Part shown: in pieces, positions 22,946 through 35,691 of the stretch
Layout of the letters: the number at the start of each line of letters is the position of its first letter
Numbering within the stretch: the stretch's first letter is position 1
DNA from: Obrimoposthia wandeli
Taxonomy: Eukaryota
NCBI GenBank assembly: GCA_977020255.1
Contig: CDROCS010000122.1
Span: 310,001-374,000 of the forward strand
DNA length: 64,000 nucleotides
Direction of reading: 5' to 3'
Notes under the pieces: model-generated
Seen by the model: only the letters and a program-made list of their open reading frames with translations
What the model was told of the DNA's origin: nothing
Databases searched by the model: none
Position numbers and translations under genes: made by a program

Positions 22946-24799
22946 CTATATCGACAGTTTATCTACGCGCTTACCGCCGTAGACAAAGTTAACAACCGCA
23001 CGTGTACCTATAATCGCCGTGAACATTGAAGTCAGGATGCCGATTGATAGTGTTACAGCGAAGCCTTTGATAGCACCTGTACCAACAGCAAACAAAATAA
23101 TTGCTGTGATAAGTGTCGTAATGTTTGCATCGGCAATCGTACTAAATGCATTGGCATAACCCTGCTGAATCGCTTGTTGAGGGCTTCGGCCTTCACGCAA
23201 TTCTTCACGGATACGTTCAAATATCAGTACGTTCGCATCGACAGCCATACCGACTGTTAATACGATACCCGCGATACCTGGTAAGGTCATCGTCGCGCCT
23301 GGAATCATCGACATAATACCGATAATCAATACCAAGTTCATAACGAGTGCCATGTTGGCAATTAAACCAAACCCACGGTAATAAATTAAGGTAAATAGCA
23401 TTACTGCTACCATGCCCCAAATCATCGCCTGAATACCCATATCGATATTCTGTTGACCCATTGATGGACCAATCGTACGTTCTTCAACAATAGAGATAGG
23501 CGCAATCAGTGCACCAGCACGAAGTAGAAGCGCTAAGTTATGTGCTTCTGCCTGCGAATCGATTCCGGTAATACGGAAATTACGACCTAACGCAGTTTGA
23601 ATCGTTGCTTGGTTGATCACTTCTTCATGCTTTTGAAGAATCACTCTACCGTTAGCTTGACGTTTACCGCTGTCTTTATACTCGGTAAACACCGTCGCCA
23701 TCAGCTTGCCCACATTATTACGTGAGAACGCTGTCATCTTGCTACCACCTTCGCTGTCTAGCGAGATGTTAACTTGAGGACGGCCATATTCATCAGCACT
23801 TGAGCTTGCATCAGTGATATGAGAACCCGCAAGGATAATACGCTTCTTCAATACAGCCGGACGCTTGTCACGGGTGTACTTCACTTCACTTCCAGCAGGT
23901 ACTCGACCAGCAGCCGCCGCAGCAAGATCAGCCGTACTATCGACTTCACGGAATTCAAGTGTTGCCGTCGCACCAAGAATTTCTTTTGCGCGAGCAGTAT
24001 CTTGAACACCAGGAAGTTCAACCACAATACGGTTAGCGCCTTGACGCTGTACTAGAGGTTCAGCAACACCCAGCTCATTCACACGATTGCGAAGAATCGT
24101 GATATTTTGCTCAACCGCGTAGTTACGAATTTCTTTCAGGCGGGCTTCAGTAAATTCTGCAGTAAGAACGAAACGTCCGTTGCTAGCACTATCGGTAAAT
24201 AGCATATCAGGATGTAATTTCGCGAGTGCGGTTTCAGCTGCTTTTAGATCTTCATCATTACGAAGACGAACGTCGACAGAAGAATCTGTTTTGCTTATCG
24301 CACGGTAACGCACTTTAGCTTCACGTAATTCGGTACGGAAAGTCTCTTCTTGTTGACCGAGTAACTTTTCCATTGCCGCATCCATATCCACTTCCATTAA
24401 GAAGTGAACACCACCACGTAAATCAAGACCCAGCTTCATTGGTGAGGCACCAATAGATTCAAGCCAGTCAGGCGTTAGTGCTGCTAGATTAAGCGCAACG
24501 ACAAAATCATCGCCTAGCTGTTCATTGATGATATCGCGAGCACTGATCTGAGTATCAGTGTCGTTAAAGCGGACAAGTACAGTACCGTTTTCGAAAGCGA
24601 CAGATTTATAGGAGATGTTGTTCTTTTTTAAATCTTCGGTGACAGTATCCAGAGTAGACATATCAACCGAGGCGCCACGCGCCCCGGTGATTTGAATCGC
24701 TGGATCTTCACCGTAAACATTGGGAAGTGCATAAAGCAAACCGATAAGCAGTGCGAACACCACCATCAGATTCTTCCACAAGGGATAACGGTTTAACAC
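22946..24799 (-). CDS. secD: SecD
   Basis: [33 protein letters not shown]. Confidence 0.98.
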   Translation of the reverse strand: MLNRYPLWKNLMVVFALLIGLLYALPNVYGEDPAIQITGARGASVDMSTLDTVTEDLKKNNISYKSVAFENGTVLVRFNDTDTQISARDIINEQLGDDFVVALNLAALTPDWLESIGASPMKLGLDLRGGVHFLMEVDMDAAMEKLLGQQEETFRTELREAKVRYRAISKTDSSVDVRLRNDEDLKAAETALAKLHPDMLFTDSASNGRFVLTAEFTEARLKEIRNYAVEQNITILRNRVNELGVAEPLVQRQGANRIVVELPGVQDTARAKEILGATATLEFREVDSTADLAAAAAGRVPAGSEVKYTRDKRPAVLKKRIILAGSHITDASSSADEYGRPQVNISLDSEGGSKMTAFSRNNVGKLMATVFTEYKDSGKRQANGRVILQKHEEVINQATIQTALGRNFRITGIDSQAEAHNLALLLRAGALIAPISIVEERTIGPSMGQQNIDMGIQAMIWGMVAVMLFTLIYYRGFGLIANMALVMNLVLIIGIMSMIPGATMTLPGIAGIVLTVGMAVDANVLIFERIREELREGRSPQQAIQQGYANAFSTIADANITTLITAIILFAVGTGAIKGFAVTLSIGILTSMFTAIIGTRAVVNFVYGGKRVDKLSI

Positions 24800-24824
24800 T
24801 GCGATGATCCTTCAAAGCAAAGAA

Positions 24825-25160
24825 TTATAGAGATTTCATTGTGCCCTTAGGCAATACAGCTGTAACGAAATCTTTCTTGATAGTAACTTCATTGTTGTCG
24901 TTAAGTGCAATCACGATGTAATCAGTTTCTTCAGAAACTTTTGTGATCTTACCTAACAAACCGCCATTAGTTAGTACTTCGTCGCCTTTGCCCATCGAAC
25001 TCATAAGTGTTTTATGCTCTTTAGCACGTTTCGCTTGTGGACGATAAATCATAAAGTAAAAAATAACTGCAAAAAGGCCAAGCATGATGAAAAGTTGCAT
25101 GCTGCCGCCTTGCGGAGCACCTTCAGCTGCGGCATTTGCCTGAGAAATGAAAAGACTCAT
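24825..25160 (-). CDS. yajC: YajC
   Basis: FYFMIYRPQAKR, KGDEVLTNGG. Confidence 0.96.
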   Translation of the reverse strand: MSLFISQANAAAEGAPQGGSMQLFIMLGLFAVIFYFMIYRPQAKRAKEHKTLMSSMGKGDEVLTNGGLLGKITKVSEETDYIVIALNDNNEVTIKKDFVTAVLPKGTMKSL

Positions 25161-25184
25161 TTAGTAACGTCCTCGTTTAAAATA

Positions 25185-26375
<1,191 letters not shown>

Positions 26376-26545
26376 CTAATTACCCAATGCACACTTTCAT
26401 TATCACATAATGCCAATCATTCGATTGATATCAAATCGCCACGCCATAAAGCGTAGCGGAAGAAATAAATATCACATCACCATTACTTGGGCGTGTTGTT
26501 TTTTACATACTTGTTACTGATATTTGCTGTTCGCCTGACACAACA

Positions 26546-26574
26546 AAGGCTGCCATTTTAACAAAAGCAGCCTT
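26546..26574 (-). terminator. Hairpin between queA and tgt
   Basis: AAGGCTGC...GCAGCCTT; T tail is weak. Confidence 0.4.
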
Positions 26575-26603
26575 AAGGCACACTGACTTAATAATAAGAA
26601 GTG

Positions 26604-27659
26604 TTACACGTTGTTCCGACGAGTAATAAACATCGAATCACCATAACTGAAGAATCGATATTTATTATCGACCGCTTGTAGATATGCATTCATAGTATGT
26701 TCATAACCAGCAAAAGCACTTACCAGCATAATCAACGTCGATTCAGGTAAGTGGAAGTTAGTCACCAATACATCCACCAGCTGGAATTCATAACCTGGGA
26801 AAATAAAGATTTCTGTATCACCAAAAAAGGGCACTAATTCAGTTCCCTTTTTAACGGCATCTTGCGCGGCACTTTCAAGAGAACGTACCGACGTGGTACC
26901 AACAGCAATAATACGACCGCCATTAGCTTTGGTCGCATTAACGGCATCAACAACATCTTGAGGCACTTCAACATACTCTGAATGCATGTGGTGATCATCA
27001 ATGTTATCGACACGAACAGGCTGGAAAGTACCCGCACCGACATGCAAAGTAACAAAAGCAAAATTAACCCCTTTTGCTTTTAATGCTGCCATCAGTTCAT
27101 CATCGAAATGTAAACCTGCTGTAGGTGCAGCGACTGCACCAGGTTTTGCATTATAAACCGTCTGATAACGCTCTTTATCAGCATCTTCATCAGGACGATC
27201 GATATAAGGAGGAAGCGGCATGTGCCCCACTTCTTCTAAAATTTCTAAAACAGTTTTATCGCTGTTAAAACGAATTTCAAACAACGTATCATGACGTGCA
27301 ATCATTTCAGCTTGATAATCGTCATTTTCGCCCAATAATAATTCATTACCCGGCTTTGGCGATTTTGATGCTCGTACATGCGCAAGAATGCTTTTATCGT
27401 CAAGCATACGCTCAACTAACACTTCTATCTTACCGCCTGACGCTTTACGACCAAAAATACGGGCAGGAATAACACGCGTATTATTGAACACGAATAGATC
27501 GCCAGGTTCAGCTAAATCTAAGACATCCTTAAAGCCCTTATGCTGGATATTTCCAGTTTCACCAGTTAGTTGCAGTAGACGACTAGCAGTGCGTTCAGGT
27601 TGTGGATAACGAGCAATTAGCTCATTAGGTAGATCAAAGTGAAAATCAGAAACTTGCAT
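26604..27659 (-). CDS. queA: SAM:tRNA ribosyltransferase-isomerase QueA
   Basis: [39 protein letters not shown]; start moved to MQVSDF. Confidence 0.97.
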   Translation of the reverse strand: MQVSDFHFDLPNELIARYPQPERTASRLLQLTGETGNIQHKGFKDVLDLAEPGDLFVFNNTRVIPARIFGRKASGGKIEVLVERMLDDKSILAHVRASKSPKPGNELLLGENDDYQAEMIARHDTLFEIRFNSDKTVLEILEEVGHMPLPPYIDRPDEDADKERYQTVYNAKPGAVAAPTAGLHFDDELMAALKAKGVNFAFVTLHVGAGTFQPVRVDNIDDHHMHSEYVEVPQDVVDAVNATKANGGRIIAVGTTSVRSLESAAQDAVKKGTELVPFFGDTEIFIFPGYEFQLVDVLVTNFHLPESTLIMLVSAFAGYEHTMNAYLQAVDNKYRFFSYGDSMFITRRNNV

Positions 27660-27800
27660 CTTTTTATGCCCCAAATAACAGCAGGCAGCTAGTATAGGCT
27701 GCCCCACTGCAATTTCAAGGAAAGATGAGAATCACAAATTAATTTTCGGTCTAATCTCGAAAGTAATGGATTACATCCTACAGATAATGTCTAGCCAAAT

Positions 27801-28886
27801 TTAAGAACGACGCCAACGGATAAAAGCAGCCATCAATAACACACTGAAAAAACCGACGCTGCCCCCACTATCATCCGACGTTACACCCGTTGTTGAAGGT
27901 GTAGCAATATCAGCACCTGCGCCGGTATAATCAGAATTGAATGGGTTAACTGTAAATTGTGGCGTTGTCATGGCCTCTATGTTCAGTTCACTGCTAAGCA
28001 GCCCAGTAATCCAATCATGGTATTGAGCCACTTCGGTATAAACACCGGGCAGCTGCCCCGCACAACCTTCACCAAAACTCACTAGCCCAACTAAACGCAA
28101 TCCAAAATCACTGTCGCTAGCCCTTTGCATATTTCTCCATACTAATGGCCCTCCAGAATCACCAAAACAACTGTCACGGGCAAGTAAAGGGGAAGGAGAG
28201 CCAGCACAAAGGAAAATACTTAAGTCACTTGCGTTAATATTCGATCCCCACACATTATCGCAAGTCGAATCAGGTACACCTGATAACAATGTTTGTCTTA
28301 ACGCTGTAGAACCTGAACTATTCTCGGGATCCGTTTGGGTTGCTCCCCAGCCTGATACTAATAAATTCGCAGGTCGCTGACCGTTGGCAATCCATCCATT
28401 AACAAATTCATTATCTGCTAATTGTTGCTCTGTCCGAGTCGCAGGTAAAATAGGGATTGATTCAACAGGCAAAGGGGCATCAAGTACTAAAAGCGCAATA
28501 TCATTGGCAAAGCGGCTTTGATTATACGACGGGTGAATAATCACTTTCTTTACAATAGCAGCATTGGATGCACGCGTGCTAAACACACTGGTAATGCCAG
28601 CCCACACTTTTACATTTTCAGCCAGTACTGTTGTTCCATTTTGCATGCAGTGCGCAGCGGTCAGCACAACTTGAGCGGCAATAACCACCCCACCACATAC
28701 AAATGCCTCACTGCCGTTGTCAGTAGAGTACGTCATATTAAGATAAGCCTGCCACGGTACTTCATTTTGAGAAGATTCAATTCCTCCAATAACCTTGGCT
28801 GTAACAGCTACTTTGTCTTCAGCCTTAACCTGAAACACAACTAACGAACACCCAAACAACAGGCAACTCATTAAGGCTTTCGTCAT
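27801..28886 (-). CDS. Secreted trypsin-like (S1) serine protease with GlyGly-CTERM anchor
   Basis: Signal peptide, K|VIGG activation site, LTAAHC / NDIALL / GDSGGP triad, C-terminal SGGSVGFFSVLLMAAFIRWRRS. Confidence 0.92.
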   Translation of the reverse strand: MTKALMSCLLFGCSLVVFQVKAEDKVAVTAKVIGGIESSQNEVPWQAYLNMTYSTDNGSEAFVCGGVVIAAQVVLTAAHCMQNGTTVLAENVKVWAGITSVFSTRASNAAIVKKVIIHPSYNQSRFANDIALLVLDAPLPVESIPILPATRTEQQLADNEFVNGWIANGQRPANLLVSGWGATQTDPENSSGSTALRQTLLSGVPDSTCDNVWGSNINASDLSIFLCAGSPSPLLARDSCFGDSGGPLVWRNMQRASDSDFGLRLVGLVSFGEGCAGQLPGVYTEVAQYHDWITGLLSSELNIEAMTTPQFTVNPFNSDYTGAGADIATPSTTGVTSDDSGGSVGFFSVLLMAAFIRWRRS

Positions 28887-29180
28887 TAAGTGTTCCTACT
28901 GAGTTAACGTGCATTAACTCTAGCTTTTTGAATATGACTTTCTTGACTCAAAAATAAGAATAAGGTTCTATAAATGAGCAACAATAACTCGACCATTACC
29001 GGACTAATCATTGATTTTGGTCATTAGTCATTACGCTAGGATTAGCTACATTCAATAATGAGAGGTTAAAAAAATCGTGAGCTTATGTCTCAATAAAAGA
29101 AAGAAATGATAGATACAACATTAGGATAGGTATTAACACGTTGTTGAAACCTAATTGCAGTAGGACTGCCGGAGGTTTAT

Positions 29181-29636
29181 ATGTTTACAGTTTCCGATAT
29201 GATGACCCCAAACCCACACACCTTACAGCCACATAATACATTGGCAGATGCCAAAGCCATTATGGAAGAGGTTGGCATTCGACACATTCCGGTAACCGAT
29301 GTAGATGAAAAGCTTATCGGTATTGTGACTCAGCGTGATGTACTATCTGCTCAGGAATCCAATCTAGAGCACATAACAAAAACCAACGTCCTATCGACTT
29401 TAGATATCCCTTTAGAGAAGTGCATTCATCGCACACTGATGAGTGTTGATCCTCATGCTGGCCTGAAAGAGGCTGCAATCTATATGCAAAAACATAAAAT
29501 TGGCTGCTTACCTGTAGTGGAAAAAAAGCGATTAGTCGGCATAATTACAGATACAGACTTTGTTTCTATCGCGATTACCTTACTAGAGATACAAGAGGAA
29601 ATAGAACCGATTGCTGATGATAACGATACAACCTAA
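29181..29636 (+). CDS. CBS-pair protein (AcuB-like)
   Basis: Two CBS repeats (IRHIPVTD..LIGIVT..D; IGCLPVV..LVGIIT.TD). Confidence 0.88.
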   Translation: MFTVSDMMTPNPHTLQPHNTLADAKAIMEEVGIRHIPVTDVDEKLIGIVTQRDVLSAQESNLEHITKTNVLSTLDIPLEKCIHRTLMSVDPHAGLKEAAIYMQKHKIGCLPVVEKKRLVGIITDTDFVSIAITLLEIQEEIEPIADDNDTT

Positions 29637-29651
29637 CGATAGATTATACTC

Positions 29652-30239
29652 ATGAATTTTCTTGCTCATCTGCATTTGGCTGACAGCTGCCAAAGCGATA
29701 TGGCAGGGAACCTTCTGGCTGATTTCGTAAGGGGTGATCCTTATAAGCAACACACTAAACCCGTCGCTGATGGTATAAAACTTCACCGCTTTGTCGATGG
29801 TTATATTGATGCAATGTCGGAGGTAAAGGCTTGTCGGCATTTGTTTAATGACAACACACGTCGTGTTAGTGGCATTGCATTAGATATTGTTTGGGATCAT
29901 TTCCTTGCTGTCCACTGGCAAAAATTTCATCCTTATTCTTTAGAGCACTTTGTACAACACGCTGAAAGCATTGTTCAGCAGTATCAATCAAACTTACCCG
30001 AGCGCTATATCCTGATGAGTGCTCATATGTGGCAGCAACAATGGTTAATCCAATACAGAGAAAAAACAAGCGTTGAACGGGTTTTAACACGTATGGCAGC
30101 AAGGAGGCCTAAGTTACATCAACTCGCACTATGCCCTGACCAAATAAATGCTCATTATGATGAACTAGAACGCACCTTTCACATCATCTACCCCCAAGTA
30201 ATAGCCGCAACCAAGCAGCATCGCCTTACTCAACGCTAG
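29652..30239 (+). CDS. acpH: Acyl carrier protein phosphodiesterase AcpH
   Basis: MNFLAHLHLA..GNLLADFVRG, LHRFVD, DIVWDHFLA. Confidence 0.9.
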   Translation: MNFLAHLHLADSCQSDMAGNLLADFVRGDPYKQHTKPVADGIKLHRFVDGYIDAMSEVKACRHLFNDNTRRVSGIALDIVWDHFLAVHWQKFHPYSLEHFVQHAESIVQQYQSNLPERYILMSAHMWQQQWLIQYREKTSVERVLTRMAARRPKLHQLALCPDQINAHYDELERTFHIIYPQVIAATKQHRLTQR

Positions 30240-30263
30240 TATCTGCTCAAGAGAAAAAAACAT

Positions 30264-30288
30264 AAAAAAAGGAGCAACAAGTGCTCCT
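30264..30288 (-). terminator. Terminator after aceA
   Basis: AGGAGCA-CTTGT-TGCTCCT with a T run on the minus strand. Confidence 0.75.
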
Positions 30289-30317
30289 AGACGATAACGT
30301 AATTATGCTTAGATTAA

Positions 30318-31622
30318 TTAAAACTGATCTTCTTCCGTAGAGCCCGTTAGTGCCGTTACTGAAGATTGACCACCTTGAATCGTATTTGTCATCTTATCGA
30401 AGTAGCCAGTACCCACCTCTTGCTGGTGAGCAACAAACGTATATCCACGCTCTGCTGCTTCAAACTCAGGGCGCTGTACCTTCTCAACATAGTGACGCAT
30501 ACCTTCACCCTGAGCGTAAGCATGGGCTAATTCAAACATGTTGTACCACATGTTATGAATGCCAGCTAACGTGATGAATTGGTATTTATAACCCATGTCT
30601 GCCAACTCTTGCTGGAACTTAGCAATTGTCTCGTCATCTAGGTTTTTCTCCCAGTTAAACGAAGGTGAACAGTTATATGCCAATAATTGATCAGGATATT
30701 GCGCATGAATAGCTTCAGCAAACTTACGAGCTTCTTCTAAACATGGTTTTGCGGTTTCACACCAAATAAGGTCAGCATACGGTGCATATGCTAAGCCACG
30801 CGAGATGGCTTGGTCGATGCCTGCACGTACACGGTAGAAACCTTCCGCTGTACGGTCACCGGTAATAAAGTCGTTATCGTATGAATCACAATCTGACGTT
30901 AACAAGTCTGCCGCGTTAGCATCGGTACGCGCAATAACCAGTGTGCTTATACCCGCAACATCTGCCGCTAAACGTGCCGCCACTAATTTTTGCACCGCTT
31001 CTTGGGTTGGTACCAAGACTTTACCACCCATGTGACCACATTTTTTCACTGAGGCTAACTGATCTTCAAAGTGAACACCTGCAGCACCAGCATCAATCAT
31101 ATTGCGCATAAGTTCATACGCATTAAGTACACCACCAAAACCCGCTTCTGCATCGGCGACAATCGGTAAGAAGTAATCAATCCCTTCTTCTGGATTACTA
31201 CCAGTAGACCACTGAATTTGGTCAGCACGACGGAATGAATTATTAATACGAGTAACCACTGATGGCACAGAATCTACAGGGTATAGCGACTGATCGGGGT
31301 ACATGGTCGATGCCGTATTATTATCGGCGGCAACCTGCCAACCCGATAAGTAGATAGCTTCAATACCGGCTTTAGCTTGTTGAACTGCCTGGCCACCCGT
31401 TAATGCACCTAGACAGTTAACATATCCTTTTTTCGAAGAACCATTGACCAAGTCCCACAGCTTATCAGCGCCGCGCTGGGCAATCGTATTTGCAGGGGCA
31501 AATGAACCACGAAGATTCACCACTTCTTCAGCGGTGTAAGTACGTTTTACATGCTTCCAACGTGGATTTTCAGCCCAGTCTTTTTCAATAGCTTCTATTT
31601 GCTGCTGGCGAGTCAATGTCAT
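30318..31622 (-). CDS. aceA: Isocitrate lyase
   Basis: [26 protein letters not shown]. Confidence 0.98.
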   Translation of the reverse strand: MTLTRQQQIEAIEKDWAENPRWKHVKRTYTAEEVVNLRGSFAPANTIAQRGADKLWDLVNGSSKKGYVNCLGALTGGQAVQQAKAGIEAIYLSGWQVAADNNTASTMYPDQSLYPVDSVPSVVTRINNSFRRADQIQWSTGSNPEEGIDYFLPIVADAEAGFGGVLNAYELMRNMIDAGAAGVHFEDQLASVKKCGHMGGKVLVPTQEAVQKLVAARLAADVAGISTLVIARTDANAADLLTSDCDSYDNDFITGDRTAEGFYRVRAGIDQAISRGLAYAPYADLIWCETAKPCLEEARKFAEAIHAQYPDQLLAYNCSPSFNWEKNLDDETIAKFQQELADMGYKYQFITLAGIHNMWYNMFELAHAYAQGEGMRHYVEKVQRPEFEAAERGYTFVAHQQEVGTGYFDKMTNTIQGGQSSVTALTGSTEEDQF

Positions 31623-31744
31623 AATGATGTCCCTCGTTTCATTTGGCGATAAGTCGCTTAACGTAATCGTTAATGCATTCTTTTCTTCGACTTTTACTTT
31701 TCTAATTTTTCATCTGTTTTCTGTCAGTTTAGATATTCAACTAG

Positions 31745-33358
31745 CTAAGCTAGATATTCGTAACCTGAAACTGTTAAAAAGTTCACAAGCTCGTCGCTGG
31801 TTGTTAATCGCGACATAAGCACTGCAGCTTCTTCATACTGGCCTTGTTGGAATCGTTCGCTTCCTAGCTCTTGTTCCAACACCACCATTTCTTGATCTAG
31901 CATGTCTTCAAATAACGCTTTGGTGACCACATCACCATTGCTCAGTGATTTACCGTGCTTAATCCACTGCCAAATTGAAGCGCGTGATATTTCAGCGGTT
32001 GCTGCATCTTCCATCAGCCCGTAAATAGGCACACACCCATTACCCGTAATCCATGCTTCTATGTACTGAACAGCGACACGAATGTTGTGGCGCATCCCCT
32101 CTTCCGTACGTTCACCGTCACATGGGGCGAGCAACTCTGCCGCAGTAATAGGGGCGTCATCTTCACGACTTATATCTAATTGGTTATTGCGTGTACCCAA
32201 TGCTTCATCAAACACCGCACGAGCAGTATCGGCTAAACCAGGGTGCGCAACCCAGGTACCATCGTGGCCATTATTCGCTTCTAATGATTTATCGGTTTGA
32301 ATCTTATTAAGTACCCATGCATTGCGCTCAGGTTCTTTCGATGGAATAAATGCAGCCATTCCTCCCATCGCAAATGCACCACGATGGTGACAAGTTCGCA
32401 CCAATAAGCGGGAATAAGCATTTAGAAATGGCTTCTCCATCGTAACAACTTGTCTATCTGGCAAGATTCGATCTGGGTGGTTTCGTAGCGTTTTGATATA
32501 GCTAAAAATATAATCCCAACGGCCACAATTAAGACCAACAATATGCTCTTTCAAGCTATAAAGAATCTCATCCATTTCAAAAACGGCTGGTAAGGTTTCA
32601 ATCAATACCGTTGCTTTGATTGTGCCGCGTTGCAGGCCAAACTCATCTTCCGTAAAGCTAAAGACATCACTCCACCATGCCGCTTCTTGATACGCTTGTA
32701 ATTTGGGCAGGTAGAAATAAGGGCCGCTACCCTTTTCAATTAACTGTTTGTAGTTAAGAAAGAAGTACAACGCAAAATCAAACAGTGACCCAGGAATAGG
32801 CTCCCCTTGCCACAACAAATGCTTTTCGGGTAAATGAAGGCCACGCACACGACAAATCAATACCGCAGGATCATCGCTTAACGTATATTCTTTTCCATTA
32901 TCTGGATTGGTATAACTAATATTATTATTCACCGCGTCACGCAGGTTCCGCTGCCCATCAAGCACCTCATTCCAAGCAGGAGCAAATGAATCTTCAAAAT
33001 CAGCCATGAAGACTTTTACATTGGCATTCAGCGCATTAATCACCATTTTACGATCAACGGGACCGGTAATTTCAACGCGTCGGTCTTGTAGGTCGGTCGG
33101 TATATTCTGAATACACCAATTGCCATTACGTATATCCGTCGTATCCGGCAGAAAATCAGGTAGCTCTCCAGCATCTATTTTTTGCTGGCGCTCTTCTCGT
33201 GCAGAAAGTAATTGAGGTACTCGGGAAGCAAAGCGCTGAACTAAACGCTCAACAAACTGCAGGGCGTCACTACTTAGTATTTCTTGTTGCTCTGCAGTCA
33301 GTATTGTCTGCAATGACAATTTAACTTCATAATCCACGTTACCTTGATGTTCCGTCAT
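31745..33358 (-). CDS. aceB: Malate synthase A
   Basis: DRRVEITGP, MADFED, GLNCGRWDYIFS, GLMEDAATAEISR; start moved to MTEHQ. Confidence 0.97.
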   Translation of the reverse strand: MTEHQGNVDYEVKLSLQTILTAEQQEILSSDALQFVERLVQRFASRVPQLLSAREERQQKIDAGELPDFLPDTTDIRNGNWCIQNIPTDLQDRRVEITGPVDRKMVINALNANVKVFMADFEDSFAPAWNEVLDGQRNLRDAVNNNISYTNPDNGKEYTLSDDPAVLICRVRGLHLPEKHLLWQGEPIPGSLFDFALYFFLNYKQLIEKGSGPYFYLPKLQAYQEAAWWSDVFSFTEDEFGLQRGTIKATVLIETLPAVFEMDEILYSLKEHIVGLNCGRWDYIFSYIKTLRNHPDRILPDRQVVTMEKPFLNAYSRLLVRTCHHRGAFAMGGMAAFIPSKEPERNAWVLNKIQTDKSLEANNGHDGTWVAHPGLADTARAVFDEALGTRNNQLDISREDDAPITAAELLAPCDGERTEEGMRHNIRVAVQYIEAWITGNGCVPIYGLMEDAATAEISRASIWQWIKHGKSLSNGDVVTKALFEDMLDQEMVVLEQELGSERFQQGQYEEAAVLMSRLTTSDELVNFLTVSGYEYLA

Positions 33359-33648
33359 TTCCACCCCTCCGCTCATTTGTAACTTAATCACTACTTTTAT
33401 CAATAATTAAAAAACCTTAAATTTTGTAATCATCTGCGTTAACGCCTTATTTACGTTGCCGTAACAAATCAACAATTGCAACTTATTTTTTTAAAGCTAA
33501 CTTGTAACAAAAGAGAAGTAATCACTTTAGAACAACAAGTTAAAAACAAATAGAGTTAAAGCTCAAAACGCAAAATTAAAACAAAAAACAGTAAAAAACT
33601 CGGTTGATATAAATAGTAAGAATTACAGCGGAAAATGTAACAAGTTAC

Positions 33649-33661
33649 GTAATTAAATTAC
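33649..33661. promoter_or_regulatory. Candidate HexR-type operator upstream of aceB
   Basis: GTAAT-TAA-ATTAC matches GTAATwwwATTAC; a weaker copy GTAAC-TTA-ATCAC lies at 33379-33391. Confidence 0.5.
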
Positions 33662-33959
33662 TATAAATAGGCATTAAGGATTTTTCATAAAAAACGTTTA
33701 AAACAAAATATAACCATTACGTTCGCTAGAAAGTTTTTAATAACAGTATATTAGAGATGCATTATGGCTATATTTCATACAGAAACTATAGACAAGAATA
33801 CTCACTCAGTTTCATTTATTTGCAGAACGAAACATAATAAACCTACAAAAAAGAGGTATTCGCTCAGAAGATAATAAGATGATATATCTTGATTTTTGGT
33901 GGGATATCAGAAGATCGTGCTGGCATATTGTCTTTTCTACCAGCACGACTTCAAAAGGG

Positions 33960-34856
33960 CTATAAAAGTCCTTCTACTATATCGGCAAGACCATTAAAGG
34001 TCTTGATTCGGCTAGACGTCGGGCGCCAGACTAAACCAATTTCACGGTAAGCAGCCTGCCCAGGGGGATCAATAACAACTAAGTTTTGATTATCTAATAA
34101 GCCATGATCGATAGCCATTTGAGGAATAAAGGTTGTGCCTAACCCGTTGGCGACCATCTGCACTAACGTGTGTAAGCTTGTGGCAGTAAAGGGGTTTATT
34201 TTTTCTTTGGTGGTCAGCTTGCACGCAGAAACAGCATGATCCGTTAAGCAATGTTCTTTCTCTAACAAGAAAACCGATTCATCTGGTAAATCCGCATATC
34301 GAAGGGGAACATTCACTTGTTCAGCCTGACTTTTGCTGATCACCATTTTAAAGGCATCTCGCCCTACTATCTTGCTGTGCATGTTATTGATATCAACTGG
34401 CAAAGCTAAGATCAGTACATCCATTTCCCCATTACGTAACGCCGCTAACAGGTTCGTGGTGGTATCTTCACGCAACAGAAGGTTCAAGTTAGGATGATGT
34501 CGATTCACCTCTTGTACCAAGTCACATAATAAAAATGGCGCGATAGTCGGTATGCAGCCCACTCGAAGCTGACCTTCCATGCCATCTCCCGTACAGCTTG
34601 ATAATTCCATCAGATCTTGGCTACGTGCCAATAATTCACGAGAACGTATCACAACCTCTTCCCCAGTAGAGGTAAAGACTAACGATTTGTTATCACGCTC
34701 TATTAGTTGGCAGTTCAATAATTCTTCAAGATTTTGAATACCTGAACTCAGGGTCGACTGGCTAACAAAACACTTTATTGCTGCTTTGCCAAAATGACGA
34801 GTTTCAAACAAAGTAACAAGGTAATGAAGCTGTTTTAGTGAAGGAAATTTACTCAT
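33960..34856 (-). CDS. oxyR: OxyR-type LysR regulator (OxyR2-like)
   Basis: LysR HTH; HCLTDHAVSAC gives the C199/C208 spacing; divergent from a peroxiredoxin. Confidence 0.9.
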   Translation of the reverse strand: MSKFPSLKQLHYLVTLFETRHFGKAAIKCFVSQSTLSSGIQNLEELLNCQLIERDNKSLVFTSTGEEVVIRSRELLARSQDLMELSSCTGDGMEGQLRVGCIPTIAPFLLCDLVQEVNRHHPNLNLLLREDTTTNLLAALRNGEMDVLILALPVDINNMHSKIVGRDAFKMVISKSQAEQVNVPLRYADLPDESVFLLEKEHCLTDHAVSACKLTTKEKINPFTATSLHTLVQMVANGLGTTFIPQMAIDHGLLDNQNLVVIDPPGQAAYREIGLVWRPTSSRIKTFNGLADIVEGLL

Positions 34857-34862
34857 CGTTTT

Positions 34863-34903
34863 TTCCGATTACTTCAATCTGTTTATTCCGCTTTTTTCAA
34901 TCT
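34863..34903. promoter_or_regulatory. Candidate OxyR binding site in the oxyR-ahpC divergent promoter
   Basis: Direct repeat TTCCG-N7-CAATCT twice (23-bp period) just upstream of TATAGT (-10, 34915-34920). Confidence 0.45.
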
Positions 34904-34988
34904 AACAGTTTAGGTATAGTTTGTCTCGTCCAAACAAGGAGCCTACCGAAAAGGTCGGCGACAAACAGAATATTTTAGGAGCACCAAA

Positions 34989-35591
34989 ATGGTACTAGTA
35001 GGTCGTCAAGCACCAGATTTTACTGCTGCAGCTGTTCTAGGTAACGGCGAAATTGTTGATAGCTTCAACTTCGCAGAGTTTACTAAAGGTAAAAAAGCAG
35101 TAGTTTTCTTTTACCCACTAGATTTCACTTTTGTTTGCCCATCAGAGCTAATCGCTTTTGACAAGCGTTTTGAAGATTTCCAAGCGAAAGGCGTTGAAGT
35201 AATCGGTGTTTCAATCGATTCTCAGTTCTCTCACAACGCATGGCGTAACACTGCTATCGAAGATGGCGGTATCGGTCAAGTTAAGTACCCACTAATCGCT
35301 GATATTAAACACGAAATCTGTAAAGCGTACGATGTAGAGCACCCAGAAGCTGGCGTTGCTTTCCGTGGTTCTTTCCTTATCGACGAAGACGGTCTTGTAC
35401 GTCATCAAGTAGTTAACGACCTTCCACTAGGCCGTAACATCGACGAAATGCTACGCATGGTTGATGCACTAAACTTCCACCAGAAAAACGGTGAAGTTTG
35501 TCCAGCACAGTGGGAAGAAGGCAAAGCAGGTATGGACGCATCTCCAAAAGGTGTTGCTGACTACCTATCTGAGCACACTGCAGACCTATAA
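34989..35591 (+). CDS. ahpC: 2-Cys peroxiredoxin (AhpC/Prx2 type)
   Basis: FTFVCPSE and VCPAQW; GGIG and YL motifs of the overoxidation-sensitive type; no ahpF nearby. Confidence 0.95.
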   Translation: MVLVGRQAPDFTAAAVLGNGEIVDSFNFAEFTKGKKAVVFFYPLDFTFVCPSELIAFDKRFEDFQAKGVEVIGVSIDSQFSHNAWRNTAIEDGGIGQVKYPLIADIKHEICKAYDVEHPEAGVAFRGSFLIDEDGLVRHQVVNDLPLGRNIDEMLRMVDALNFHQKNGEVCPAQWEEGKAGMDASPKGVADYLSEHTADL

Positions 35592-35691
35592 TTCTTCTTA
35601 TTGAAGGGTTAACAACACCATGCTCACGGTGTTGAGGCAACGAACGCAAAAGCGTAAAGCCTAAGTCAGCCAAAGGCAAAAAGAACAATGA

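Noticed and set aside
33960-35591. OxyR with a GGIG/YL peroxiredoxin and no ahpF
   Set aside because: Corresponds to the OxyR2-Prx2 arrangement already described in Vibrio
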